Below, one piece after another: positions 37,373-47,312 of a stretch of 63,343 bases of DNA. The position numbers and the translations under genes were made by a program. The DNA lies in NCBI GenBank assembly GCA_031549455.1, contig JAVBPT010000020.1:1-63343 (forward strand). The letters are read 5' to 3'. How positions within the stretch are numbered: position 1 is the stretch's first letter; every line of letters starts with the position of its first letter. This DNA comes from Eubacteriales bacterium. GTDB lineage: Bacteria > Bacillota > Clostridia > Lachnospirales > JAKSVV01. The notes beneath the pieces were generated by a model. The model was not told the DNA's origin. It made no database searches and was given only the letters and a program-made list of their open reading frames with translations.

Positions 37373-38952
37373 ATGGATGAAACAATGATTTTAGAGGACA
37401 AAGGACTTTGCGGCACTGTATTAAATAATCTGTACAAGATTGAAACACAGATTGGAAAGGGTACGATGGGGACAGTCTACCTTGCCACACATAAAATACT
37501 CGGCAATAAATGGGCGGTGAAGTGGTCTCCAAAGAGAGCAAGCATGCCAAATACTTCAAACAAGAAATTAGCATACTAAAGAGTATTAACCATCCCAACA
37601 TCCCCCATATTATAGACACCTTTTCGGATGAAAAAAATATTTATGCTGTTGAAACCTATATTCAGGGGACATCCTTGCATGATAAGATTGCAATGGTGGG
37701 ACGCCTCGAAAAAGAAGAGGCGCTTTTATACTTTATTCAGCTTGCAGAGTTGCTAGAATACTTGCATAATCAAAGACCCTATCCGATTATTTACAAGGAT
37801 TTAAAGCCCAATAACATTATTGTTACTCACAACAATAGGCTTGTGTTAATCGATTTTAGCATTTCAAAGATACAGAAAGAGATACAAATGGATAAGACCG
37901 TAATTGCAGGAAACTTATACTACTCTTCTCCTGAGCAGATGAGTCTGGATGAAGGATCGGATGAAAGGTCAGATATTTATTCCCTTGGCACGTTGATTAC
38001 AAAGCTTTTGACAGGGAGAATTAAGGAGAATATTCATAGACAATTGGAGGAGGATCAGCTGATTCCAAGAGAATTAAAAGAGGTTCTCATAAAATGCACT
38101 CAAAAAGAGAAGGGAGAAAGATTTCAGACGGCGAGTGAATTGCTTGCGACGCTCAGGTATTTGGAGTCTTTTGAAAAAGTGGTCACCTATAGCGGGTGCA
38201 AAAAAGTATTGGTGGATGGTGCAATAAACACCGGGAAAAGCACCATTATCAGTAATCTTGCTAATCTATATGCAAAGAAGGACGTTTCGGTGGCTATCTT
38301 GGATCTGACATACGAGATTGGGCTGGCCGCTTATCTTGACTTTCAGGATGGGGAAAACATAGAAAACATCTTGGAGGAGAAGGATACCTATAAAATCAAA
38401 AAGGCAGCTCACAAAGTGGGTAGGAATATCTCGGTATTTAAAGGTGAAATTGAAAGGGAAGATCAGGTTATCTCCTTTATAAATAGACTTAGTAAGTGCT
38501 ATCAGATTGTTTTGGTCGAACAAAACTTTAAGGAAGATTTTACAAATATTTATGAGTATGTAGATGAGATCGTATTGATTACAAAGCAGGAGGAAAAATA
38601 TATTTCGCTTACCAATAAAAAGATTGTTGAGTATTTAGATAAGAATGTAAGATTAAATGATATTAAATTGGTGATCAATCAGTATATTCGGGATGATCTG
38701 TCTAAGATCGAAATGCTGGAGTCCTTTAATCTCATTCCTGAGTTGTTTAAGAAAGCAGACAAAATAACACAACTCAAAACGGTACGAAACGTGGAAAGAC
38801 AAACTTTTTTAAAACAGTCAAGAAGGGGACAGGCGCTCTATTATAAGGATAATGAATTTGAAATGGATATAGAAGATTTAGCAAATGATCTATATCTTTT
38901 TGAGGTTGAATCAATTAAGAAAGGAATGGTAAGAAAGATTGGCGTATACTAG
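37373..38952 (+). pseudogene. Hanks-type Ser/Thr kinase fused to a ParA/MinD (TadZ-like) domain, frameshifted near 37520
   Basis: Subdomains I-II (IGKGTMGTVYLA..WAVK) lie in one frame; the rest (EISILK, YKDLKPNN, DFS, SPEQ, SDIYSLG) and TGKSTII..VAILDL lie in another. Confidence 0.85.
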
Positions 38953-39592
38953 AAAAAAAGAGAAGGGTGTGTTTGTTTTATGTGGGATCTTTATTGGAAT
39001 AACGCTTGCATCTATTGTGGCGTCAGGGTATCTCGTGCTTAATCAGAATCCTATTGAGGTAAAAAGAGAAGAGCCGGAGAACACGCAAAAGGAGATCTGT
39101 CTTGTTACCAAAGAAGAAATCAAAAAGGGGAGTCCAATACAGGAGGGACAGTTCATTGCTAAAAAGGTGGATACTCATTTGACACCGGAAAATAGGTTGA
39201 GCTTTTCGGAAAAGATAAATGTAATGGTCAGTGCGATTGACATTGAGCCAAATACCATTTTAACGGAGTCTATGTTTGTTCTGAAGGATGCCTATGTAAA
39301 TGATGCAAGATATCAAGATTACAGTGACATTAGACTTCCGCTGAACCTAATGAAAGGAGACACTGTGGATATTCGGATAAAAAGAAAGGCCGGGGACGAC
39401 TACATTGTTTTATCCAAAAAAGAGATTGTAGAAAGAGCCAATAATACAGTATGGATCATGATCGATGAACTAGAAAGGATGAGAATGAATCAGGCTATTT
39501 TGGAGTTCAAAAATGAAATGGCAGAACTGTACACCACAGAATATATAAATAAAATAGATCAGTATGCGCCTAGCGTTACTTATCTGAGGTGA
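38939..39592 (+). CDS. SAF-domain, CpaB/RcpC-like pilus assembly protein
   Basis: N-terminal TM helix; EIKKGSPI, IDIEPNTILTESM, LP.NL.KGDTVDIRI..GDDYIVLSKK. Confidence 0.75.
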   Translation: MAYTRKKEKGVFVLCGIFIGITLASIVASGYLVLNQNPIEVKREEPENTQKEICLVTKEEIKKGSPIQEGQFIAKKVDTHLTPENRLSFSEKINVMVSAIDIEPNTILTESMFVLKDAYVNDARYQDYSDIRLPLNLMKGDTVDIRIKRKAGDDYIVLSKKEIVERANNTVWIMIDELERMRMNQAILEFKNEMAELYTTEYINKIDQYAPSVTYLR

Positions 39593-39599
39593 GGTATCG

Positions 39600-41207
39600 A
39601 TGAAGACAGATATAAACACACTTCGAAATGAGGTGTCTGGTTACTTTTATGAAATTTTAAAAGACAATTTACTAGATATGGCTCTTTCAAAGGAAGAGTA
39701 TGAAATAAAAAACAGAGAAAAGATTGAGCTTCAGATTGCGTTGAAAGATTGTATTTTTCAAGATAATGCTGCAAAACAGATTGTGAAGAAACATATCCAG
39801 CGATTTATCATAGAGCAGTATAAAGTAAATGCACACAATATCCATAATCTGATGGACTTTGATGGGAACCTAGATGTAGAAGAAAAGTTTAATATTCTGC
39901 TGTACACCTATAAGCAAAAATACGGGAAGGATGCATTTAAAGTTTTAATCGACCGCTATGCGTTAGACCAGTTGAAGAAGAAAAATGAAGAGGAATACTA
40001 TGTCATTACATCAGCTGAAATAGAAGAAATATATGAGAAAGAGTGTCTAACGCTTGACTTTACGGACAGGCTCAATCTAATTGTGCAGAACATTTACTCA
40101 AAATACAAGGGATTTGGTGTGATTGATGAAATCCTTGAAATGAATGTGGATGGCATCAGCGGTGGTGTGAATGGTTACCCAGAGACCTTTGAGCGAGAGG
40201 GGGATCAAATCGTTTGTGCCTATGATAGCGTATGGTTGTTTTATAAAGGGAAATCCATTCATTTAGCATTTTTATCTTTTAAATCCTATGATGAGTTAAA
40301 AAGAATTTGTCAGAATATTTATAAGTTCGACAATCCCGGAGAGCTTTCTAGAAACATTGGCTATAAAATAAATAAATTAAAGGATGGATCGCGTGTTGTG
40401 GTCATAAGGCCGGATTTTTCAGAAACATGGATGTTTTTTATACGAAAATTTCATATTAAAAATGTTCGGCTTGAGGACCTAATTGGATTAGAAAATAAAC
40501 AGGTTTTAATAGATCTCCTACAGTACATCATGAAGGGGGCACAGAATATTGCAATTACGGGTTCGCAGGGGTGCGGAAAGACCACCATGCTGCTCGCGTT
40601 GATTGAATATGTTTATGCGGTCTATCCTCTACGGATCTGTGAATCATCCTTTGAGCTCAATCTCAGAAAAAGGTTTCCAAATCGAAATATTTGCAGTCTG
40701 CAAGAGATAGAAGGGATAGAGTGCCAAGAGGCGCTGGATGTGACCAAAAAGACAGATGGGATGGTCACGATTATCGGTGAGGTTGCATCTCACGAAATGG
40801 CATCAAAAATGATACAGGTGGGACAGCTTGCTTCTAAATTTACATTGTTCACGCACCATGCCAACAGTTTGAGGGAGCTTGTGATGGCACTTAGAAATTC
40901 ATTACTGATTACGGGCGCATTCAAAAATGAGAAGGTCGCAGAAGAACAGGTTGTGAGTGTGCTAGACTTTAACCTCCATTTGGAAAAAGACTTTTATGGA
41001 AATAGGTATATTGAAAGGGTGACGGAGTGTATTCCCATTTTATCAGTAGAAAAAACATATGATGAGGTGGATATTATTGTGCGTCAGGATGGTGGTTATA
41101 TAGTAAAAAACAAGATATCAGACCATAGAATTAGAGTCATGAAAAAAGAGATGAAGAATGAAGATAAGGTAAAATTTGAAGAATATTTAAAGGAAATAAG
41201 GGTATGA
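39600..41207 (+). CDS. tadA: TadA/CpaF-family secretion ATPase
   Basis: Walker A GSQGCGKTT, Walker B VTIIGEV, His box FTHHAN, DGSRVVV.RP, RYIERVTE. Confidence 0.85.
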   Translation: MKTDINTLRNEVSGYFYEILKDNLLDMALSKEEYEIKNREKIELQIALKDCIFQDNAAKQIVKKHIQRFIIEQYKVNAHNIHNLMDFDGNLDVEEKFNILLYTYKQKYGKDAFKVLIDRYALDQLKKKNEEEYYVITSAEIEEIYEKECLTLDFTDRLNLIVQNIYSKYKGFGVIDEILEMNVDGISGGVNGYPETFEREGDQIVCAYDSVWLFYKGKSIHLAFLSFKSYDELKRICQNIYKFDNPGELSRNIGYKINKLKDGSRVVVIRPDFSETWMFFIRKFHIKNVRLEDLIGLENKQVLIDLLQYIMKGAQNIAITGSQGCGKTTMLLALIEYVYAVYPLRICESSFELNLRKRFPNRNICSLQEIEGIECQEALDVTKKTDGMVTIIGEVASHEMASKMIQVGQLASKFTLFTHHANSLRELVMALRNSLLITGAFKNEKVAEEQVVSVLDFNLHLEKDFYGNRYIERVTECIPILSVEKTYDEVDIIVRQDGGYIVKNKISDHRIRVMKKEMKNEDKVKFEEYLKEIRV

Positions 41208-42961
41208 GAATATTAATTTTGTTTACAGCGCTATCCACACTATGCCTGGTGATGCTACTCATTCAATTACATATAAACAAAAAAAGAACAAACTTGTCCA
41301 AAACATATGATAGGTTGCAAAGCATGCCGGTTCTCGGAAGGTATATCAACCTGCTGGGAATCAGGTTATACATTGATACGGATTACGATGAAAACAAAGT
41401 AAAACGAAAAGTAATTCAAATTTTTGCAAACCTTATAATGCTTAACCTGTTCCTTATCATTGCTTGTTTATTCCTCTACGACTTTACATTTTACATGGTC
41501 ATTATTTCAGTTTTTATCTGCACTTTAATTTCCAATATTGCGCTTTCAAAAATGCTAGGAGACATCAACGGGAAAGTACTTTTCCAGTTACCGGATTTGC
41601 TTGTGGAGATTAAGAATAATTACTATGAAAAAAATATGATTGATGATGCGCTTTATGATGCAAGTATGAATGTGGAGTACGAGGTCTCCCTAAAAGCCAA
41701 AGAAATGCATAAAATCCTTACAAGACCCAATCTAAAACTTGAGGTTGAAAAGTATAACAGGGAGTGCAAGAATAAGTTCCTGAAAATCCTGATGAGTGTA
41801 TTTTACATCACAAAAGAATATGGTGATAAGAAGATTGGAGAGAAGTCGATTTTTGTTCAAAATTTGAATTACGTACTTGAGGAAGTCAATATTGAAATTC
41901 ATAAGCAGAATCTGATTAAGCAGAGACTTAAAGGGCTTGTATTTGCCGCCATATTTCCCATATTTTTTATTCACTTTATAGAGTATTGGTCAATTGCAAA
42001 CTTCCCGAAGTTAAATGAATTTTACACATCCAATATCGGGTTTATTATTAAAAATGTGGTGGTTATACTCACAGTAATCGTGGCGAGCATCATCATCAAG
42101 ATCCAAAATTTCGGTGAAAAGGCATCTAAAAGTATGAATATTAAATCTGAAAGCACAATCTATGATCGAGCCCTAAAAAATAGAATGTTCAAAAAAACCA
42201 TTCACTTCCTAAAGCCAAAAAAGGATTCAAAGGAATACCATCGTATCATCCGTTTGATGGAAAGCTCAAAGACAAAATACACAATAGAGATCATTTATCT
42301 CATCAAACTCGTTTCTGCAGTGCTTGCAACCTTTCTAACTGCCACAATGTTGATTAATTCCAACCAATATCTTGATGATATTCATCCATGGATCATTGTT
42401 TTTGAGATGGTCATTGCGGTCCTTATCGGCATTCTCTTCTATCGGGTTCCCAATTATTCAATGAAGATCGACGTTAAAATGAGGGATCTGGAATTATATG
42501 ATGAGGTTTGTAGATTTAATACCATTATCTTGCTCTTAATGCATTATGAAAGGACTTCGAGTGAATTGATATTGACGTGGATGGAAAGATTTAGCGAGAG
42601 CTTTATAAATCCAATTAAAAGGTGTATCAATAACTTTGAAAATGGAGGAGAAATGGCACTAGTGAGGCTAAAAAGCGAGACTTCTTATAAACCCTTTAAG
42701 CGAATTATAAATAACCTAATCCTATCTGAAAGGAGTATCAATGTAAAGAAAGCATTCAACTTCCTAGAGACGGAGAGAGAGTTTTATAAGGAAGAGAGAA
42801 AAAAGAGAAATGAAGAAAGCGTAATGGAAAAAGCCAATCTGGCGGCCATGATAGGGTATATTCCCTATTATGTTCTGCTGGGTCTATACTTTGTATTACC
42901 TATTCTTTATACAAGCATGAAGGAATTGTCTGGTTTGTTGGAACAAATAAAAAAGTTTTAG
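41204..42961 (+). CDS. TadB/TadC-like fused inner-membrane platform protein
   Basis: Two TM clusters, each followed by a T2SSF-like soluble region; overlaps the tadA stop. Confidence 0.7.
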   Translation: MRILILFTALSTLCLVMLLIQLHINKKRTNLSKTYDRLQSMPVLGRYINLLGIRLYIDTDYDENKVKRKVIQIFANLIMLNLFLIIACLFLYDFTFYMVIISVFICTLISNIALSKMLGDINGKVLFQLPDLLVEIKNNYYEKNMIDDALYDASMNVEYEVSLKAKEMHKILTRPNLKLEVEKYNRECKNKFLKILMSVFYITKEYGDKKIGEKSIFVQNLNYVLEEVNIEIHKQNLIKQRLKGLVFAAIFPIFFIHFIEYWSIANFPKLNEFYTSNIGFIIKNVVVILTVIVASIIIKIQNFGEKASKSMNIKSESTIYDRALKNRMFKKTIHFLKPKKDSKEYHRIIRLMESSKTKYTIEIIYLIKLVSAVLATFLTATMLINSNQYLDDIHPWIIVFEMVIAVLIGILFYRVPNYSMKIDVKMRDLELYDEVCRFNTIILLLMHYERTSSELILTWMERFSESFINPIKRCINNFENGGEMALVRLKSETSYKPFKRIINNLILSERSINVKKAFNFLETEREFYKEERKKRNEESVMEKANLAAMIGYIPYYVLLGLYFVLPILYTSMKELSGLLEQIKKF

Positions 42962-43020
42962 GAGGAAAAATGAATGAAGTGTACAAAAAAGTCTGATGAG
43001 GGTGTGAGCACTATGCTTAT
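42937..43020 (+). repeat. Degenerate direct-repeat copy of the tadBC end and pilin RBS/5' end (partner 43927-44019)
   Basis: tttaggaggaaaaa-tgaatgaa-gtgtacaaaaaagtctgatga-gggtgtgagcactatg versus tttaggaggaaaaaatgaatgaaaatgtacaaaaaagtttggtgatgggtgcgagcattatg. Confidence 0.85.
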
Positions 43021-43075
43021 TTACATTGGACATGTATGATGGAAACTGAAATAATATTGAAAGTGAGTTGACAAG

Positions 43076-43957
43076 ATGAACGATGAAAATAAGATACAGC
43101 TTTTTGAAGGCAGACAGATCCGTACAGAATGGAATGAAGGAGAAGAAGAATGGTACTTTTCTGTTGTAGATGTAATAGAAGTATTGACGTGTACAGAAAA
43201 TCCACGACGCTATTGGAGTGACTTGAAACGTAAAATGAAAGCGGAGGGAAGTCAGCTGTACGAAAAAATCGTACAACTGAAGATGCTTTCTCAAGATGGG
43301 AAAAACTATAGCACTGATGTTGCAAATACTAAGCAAGTATTGCGTATCATTCAATCTATCCCCTCAAAGAAAGCCGAACCATTTAAGCTATGGCTTGCAG
43401 AAGTCGGCGCTGAGCGTATTGATGAAACAATTGATCCGGAGCTCGCAATAGAAAAAGCGCTTAGACTATATCTTAAAAAAGGATATACGGGAGAGTGGAT
43501 TAATCAAAGATTGCAATCAATCCAAGTTCGTAAGGAATTGACAGATGAATGGGGAAATCGAGGTGTGAAAGCAGGAATAGAATATGCAATTCTAACGGAT
43601 GAGATTTTAAAGGCACGGAGTAGGATGACAACAAGGCAATATAAGAAATATAAAGGATTAGAAAAAGAAAATTTACGTGATAATATGTCAACCTTGGAAC
43701 TAACACTTAACCAGCTTGCAGAAGCCACAACAACCGCCATTTCCAAAGTAAAGCAGCCGGAAACCTTTGACGAAAACATAGAGGCAGCACATTCGGGGGG
43801 CGAAGTGGCAGGGATAGCAAGAAATGAGGTTGAAAAAAGAACCGGTGAATCGGTTATTACTAGAATGAATGCAATCGATTTTGCAAAATTACTTACTGAT
43901 GTTGTGAATGATGAAAATTATAAAGAGTTGGAACAGGTTAGAAATAAAAATATTTAG
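43076..43957 (+). CDS. BRO-N domain (phage antirepressor-like) protein
   Basis: IQLFEGRQIRTEW..EEWYFSVVDVI..L..PRRYWSDLK, RIIQSIPSKKAEPFKLWLA, NLRDNM. Confidence 0.9.
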   Translation: MNDENKIQLFEGRQIRTEWNEGEEEWYFSVVDVIEVLTCTENPRRYWSDLKRKMKAEGSQLYEKIVQLKMLSQDGKNYSTDVANTKQVLRIIQSIPSKKAEPFKLWLAEVGAERIDETIDPELAIEKALRLYLKKGYTGEWINQRLQSIQVRKELTDEWGNRGVKAGIEYAILTDEILKARSRMTTRQYKKYKGLEKENLRDNMSTLELTLNQLAEATTTAISKVKQPETFDENIEAAHSGGEVAGIARNEVEKRTGESVITRMNAIDFAKLLTDVVNDENYKELEQVRNKNI

Positions 43958-43966
43958 GAGGAAAAA

Positions 43967-44383
43967 ATGAATGAAAATGTACAAAAAAGTTTGGTGATGG
44001 GTGCGAGCATTATGGTTACAATTGGGGTTATTAGCATTGGGTTGATGATTTTTGGTCAGGGAACAGGGCTTGTAAAAGAGTCATCTAAAAATTTGGTGGA
44101 CATCACACAAGAATTGGCGAATAAAAAGTACATCGCCTATGATGACACAGTGGTAAGCGGATCAGAGGTGATCAATGCAATTGGTTTATACACGCAGAAG
44201 GGGCAATCAATCGAAGTTACCACAACAATGGGAAATAGTGTGGTCTATACAAGCAATAATCTGTATTCGAACGACAATGTGACGAGTGGAAATTATATCA
44301 ATGTGGGCGGAATGTTTAAATCCAGTATTACAAAAAATGCAAATGGCGTTATAACCAAGATATCATTTAGCCAGGTCGGATAA
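43967..44383 (+). CDS. Pilin-like protein (Tad-associated)
   Basis: Short leader, hydrophobic helix, then YDDTVVSGSEVINAI and YINVGGMFKSSI..NANG. Confidence 0.65.
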   Translation: MNENVQKSLVMGASIMVTIGVISIGLMIFGQGTGLVKESSKNLVDITQELANKKYIAYDDTVVSGSEVINAIGLYTQKGQSIEVTTTMGNSVVYTSNNLYSNDNVTSGNYINVGGMFKSSITKNANGVITKISFSQVG

Positions 44384-44384
44384 G

Positions 44385-44882
44385 ATGGATAACGTGATAT
44401 CCAAAATGGTAGCGATTCTCCTTGCTGTGTTTTTGATCTGTATTATACCGTCTTTGTATACCCAAATATTAATAGAAAGGATCATAGAAAATGAGATTCA
44501 TACGGAAACAAAAACGTTTTTAGAACAGGTTAGGGCCAAGGGATACATCACAAAAGAGCATTTTGAGCATTTCTTGAAGAAAATAGTGAGTGCGAATGGT
44601 GTCACAGATGTAGAACTGATACACCGAAAAAGTGTATTTATCCCAGATGATCTCTCGCTTGTGGGATATAAGGAAATCTATCTGGGCGTTGAAGGTGAGC
44701 AGATCATGGCGACAATAGAAAGGGAAGGGCGATATTGCATGGAGAAAGAGGATGAGTTTATCATTACAGTCATGGATAAGTCTAAGAAAGGAAGCAATAT
44801 TTTTCTAACAAAAATTTTTAGTATAACAAATCCACCAACATTTATTCGATATGGAGGGATTATTAAAAATGAAAGTGAATGA
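44385..44882 (+). CDS. Minor pilin-like (TadE/F-like) protein
   Basis: N-terminal TM helix; FLEQVRAKGYIT, RYGGIIKNE; operon context. Confidence 0.55.
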   Translation: MDNVISKMVAILLAVFLICIIPSLYTQILIERIIENEIHTETKTFLEQVRAKGYITKEHFEHFLKKIVSANGVTDVELIHRKSVFIPDDLSLVGYKEIYLGVEGEQIMATIEREGRYCMEKEDEFIITVMDKSKKGSNIFLTKIFSITNPPTFIRYGGIIKNESE

Positions 44883-45816
44883 TTTTTCGATTTTAGTCGT
44901 CGTCGTCCTGTTTATCTTTTCGATTTCTTTATTAATTAGTATAATGCATAAAGAAAGAAGCAACGCATTAAAGGCAAAATATGATCAGTTTCTGTCCCTT
45001 GCCACAAATGATGCAATGTATTACATTCACAAAATTCTGACGGAGAAGGATATGAATCTTTTGGCGGACGGCAAAGCGGTTATAACAGGAATTGATAAGG
45101 AAAACGCACTTGAACGATTTTTAAAGACACTTTACTTAAATATGGATTATGAATCCTACGTATCCGGGATCAGCCTAAAAGAAACCATAGAAGACTATGT
45201 AAATTTTTTTGCAATCGTGGATTATGATGGAATCTGGGTCAATACAAAGGAGGGAGAAGATCTAAACGGATATGAGCGGGTTTGGCAGGAGAAGGTCTAT
45301 TTTGAAACGTATCTTCCGGATGATCATCTTATTCTAACATTTCACTTAAAAGACGGGTTTGGGGTCCGGAATGCTTCCACAAACGAACCCTTAGATTATA
45401 CATTGGATGAACTGCGGGTGCGATACCACAATCCTCTATTTGAACCCCCAAATTTTGAGGATCTGAGAAGAAAAACAATTATTGATATTGTCAGAAGAAA
45501 TTTGGAGATGCATTCGGATAAGGACGAAAACTTTTATTTTCAGATTCCTTATATAGATGATACATTTTACAACACCATACGAAATAAAAGTATCATCGCT
45601 TTTCTAAAAGGGGTTCCACTCATTGGGAAGGAAGTATACAATACGTATGCCTTTAGCGGGGTTGCCTATGATGTAAAAAAGAAATATGTGGGAGAGATTA
45701 AACATGGTAGGAATGTGTACCATCAGCAAAAAATAGAGGACGCATTTTATAGTTATCAAGAGTATATTTTTGATTCAAAAAAAGAGGCCGCCTTAAATGG
45801 ATTTTATCCGGAATAG
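44869..45816 (+). CDS. TadG-like membrane-anchored protein
   Basis: N-terminal TM helix, A..RFLKTLYLN, IVDYDG, C-terminal SKKEAALNGFYP; operon context. Confidence 0.55.
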   Translation: MKVNDFSILVVVVLFIFSISLLISIMHKERSNALKAKYDQFLSLATNDAMYYIHKILTEKDMNLLADGKAVITGIDKENALERFLKTLYLNMDYESYVSGISLKETIEDYVNFFAIVDYDGIWVNTKEGEDLNGYERVWQEKVYFETYLPDDHLILTFHLKDGFGVRNASTNEPLDYTLDELRVRYHNPLFEPPNFEDLRRKTIIDIVRRNLEMHSDKDENFYFQIPYIDDTFYNTIRNKSIIAFLKGVPLIGKEVYNTYAFSGVAYDVKKKYVGEIKHGRNVYHQQKIEDAFYSYQEYIFDSKKEAALNGFYPE

Positions 45817-45825
45817 GAGAATGGA

Positions 45826-45851
45826 AACAGTGTGAGGGCATACTGTTTTTT
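45826..45851 (+). terminator. Intrinsic terminator ending the Tad-like operon
   Basis: aaacagtgtg-aggg-catactgttt followed by a T run. Confidence 0.75.
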
Positions 45852-45869
45852 GTTTTCCTGTAAACCTAT

Positions 45870-45896
45870 TAAGTTATTCCATGCTCCTGTCGATAA
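45870..45896 (+). promoter_or_regulatory. Sigma-28 (SigD/FliA) promoter
   Basis: TAAG-15 nt-GTCGATAA versus consensus TAAA-N15-GCCGATAA, directly upstream of fliK. Confidence 0.75.
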
Positions 45897-45930
45897 TTAG
45901 AATAAGCTAAATATTAGAAAAGGAGGGAAA

Positions 45931-47301
45931 ATGGACATATCAATACTAAAAGACCTTGGAATGGCAAGCGTGAAGACGGGATCTGGAAAAGTAGAAGATA
46001 GTACAAAGGGTAGTATATTTGCCATCATGCTTCAATCGGTTAACCAGGAGAAGGATCGTCCCACGGGACTAGAGGCAATGATTCCTTTTTTAAATATAAG
46101 TGCAGAAGATATCAACCTGGTGAATGGTGCTGGAGAAATAGAAAAAGTTGAAGAAAATATTCTGGAAGAAGATCAAGGGAATATGGTGAAACCATCGGAT
46201 GAACAAGAAGTTCCCTATGAAGCAATCCTTGTGACTTTGGTCGCATTCTTGCAAAACCTTACAGATGGGGCTTCGGAGATACAAATCAAAGCTGAAGCGG
46301 AAACCTTTTCAATAAACTTGGATGACACACAAATGAACAAGATAGTTCAGGATGTAAAAGAAAGACTGCCAAATCTTGAGTTGGATGATACTGAGATTAA
46401 AAAACTGGTTGAGTATACAAAAGATACAATACAAAATTTTGTAGAAAATGAAAATGTTCCATTTGAACAAATCTTACAAGAGATTAGTCAACAAATAGAA
46501 ACATTGGAAATGGTTGATGATCATAAAAATATAAAGATTGAAAAAGTGATTCAACTGGTTGAAAGAATCAATGTAAAAACGGTGACGACTGAAATAAAAA
46601 ATCAAAAAATAGGGGAAATGGAACCGAATGCCGGAACAGAAGAAGGCGTGCAAGATGCAGTCCGTGAGGTGCCTATTTCGGGCAGATCAACTGAGGGAGA
46701 AGCAGAGGAAGAAGGGGGAACTGGTGAGAAACAAAAACATCAGGATGCTTCCATTCAAGACAAAATGTCTATCGATCATGGACAGAAGGAAATAAAGACG
46801 GATAGAATAGAAATAGAAGAGAACACAAATGTAAATCACTACAATATTGATAGAGTGGTTGAAACAATTAGCCTGACGAAACAGGTAAATGATAACATAA
46901 AGGTATTTGTTACAGAGGGACATTCTGAAATAGAAATAAAACTGGAACCAGAAAGTCTTGGCAAACTAAGTTTAAAAGTGGTCACAGAACAAGGAATGAT
47001 GGTGGCAAAGTTTGAAGCTGAGTCACAAAAGGTAAAAGAAATTATCGAATCCAATATGAATACACTTAAAAGAAACTTAGAGGAACAGGGCGTAAAAGTG
47101 CAGAGTTTGGACGTTTCTGTGAGACAAGATTCGGGTGGACAATCCTCACAAAATTTTGAGAGGGATCTTAGAAAAAATAACAATCCTCATAAAAATTTGA
47201 GAACGGATATAAACAAAATAGTGCATAGTGTCGAAGTAAATACTAGTAAATCAAATGTTTATAAACCAAGAACGAGTTTAAAAATCAATTATACAGCATA
47301 A
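45931..47301 (+). CDS. fliK: Flagellar hook-length control protein
   Basis: C-terminal IKLEPESLGKLSL..F.AE..VKEIIESNM..LK..L.EQG. Confidence 0.9.
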   Translation: MDISILKDLGMASVKTGSGKVEDSTKGSIFAIMLQSVNQEKDRPTGLEAMIPFLNISAEDINLVNGAGEIEKVEENILEEDQGNMVKPSDEQEVPYEAILVTLVAFLQNLTDGASEIQIKAEAETFSINLDDTQMNKIVQDVKERLPNLELDDTEIKKLVEYTKDTIQNFVENENVPFEQILQEISQQIETLEMVDDHKNIKIEKVIQLVERINVKTVTTEIKNQKIGEMEPNAGTEEGVQDAVREVPISGRSTEGEAEEEGGTGEKQKHQDASIQDKMSIDHGQKEIKTDRIEIEENTNVNHYNIDRVVETISLTKQVNDNIKVFVTEGHSEIEIKLEPESLGKLSLKVVTEQGMMVAKFEAESQKVKEIIESNMNTLKRNLEEQGVKVQSLDVSVRQDSGGQSSQNFERDLRKNNNPHKNLRTDINKIVHSVEVNTSKSNVYKPRTSLKINYTA

Positions 47302-47312
47302 AGGAGGTTTTT

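Noticed and set aside
37515..37525. Programmed ribosomal frameshift in the kinase
   Set aside because: No slippery heptamer, homopolymer run or obvious stimulatory structure.
43076..43957. Prophage
   Set aside because: A lone BRO-N gene with no integrase, structural or replication genes nearby.
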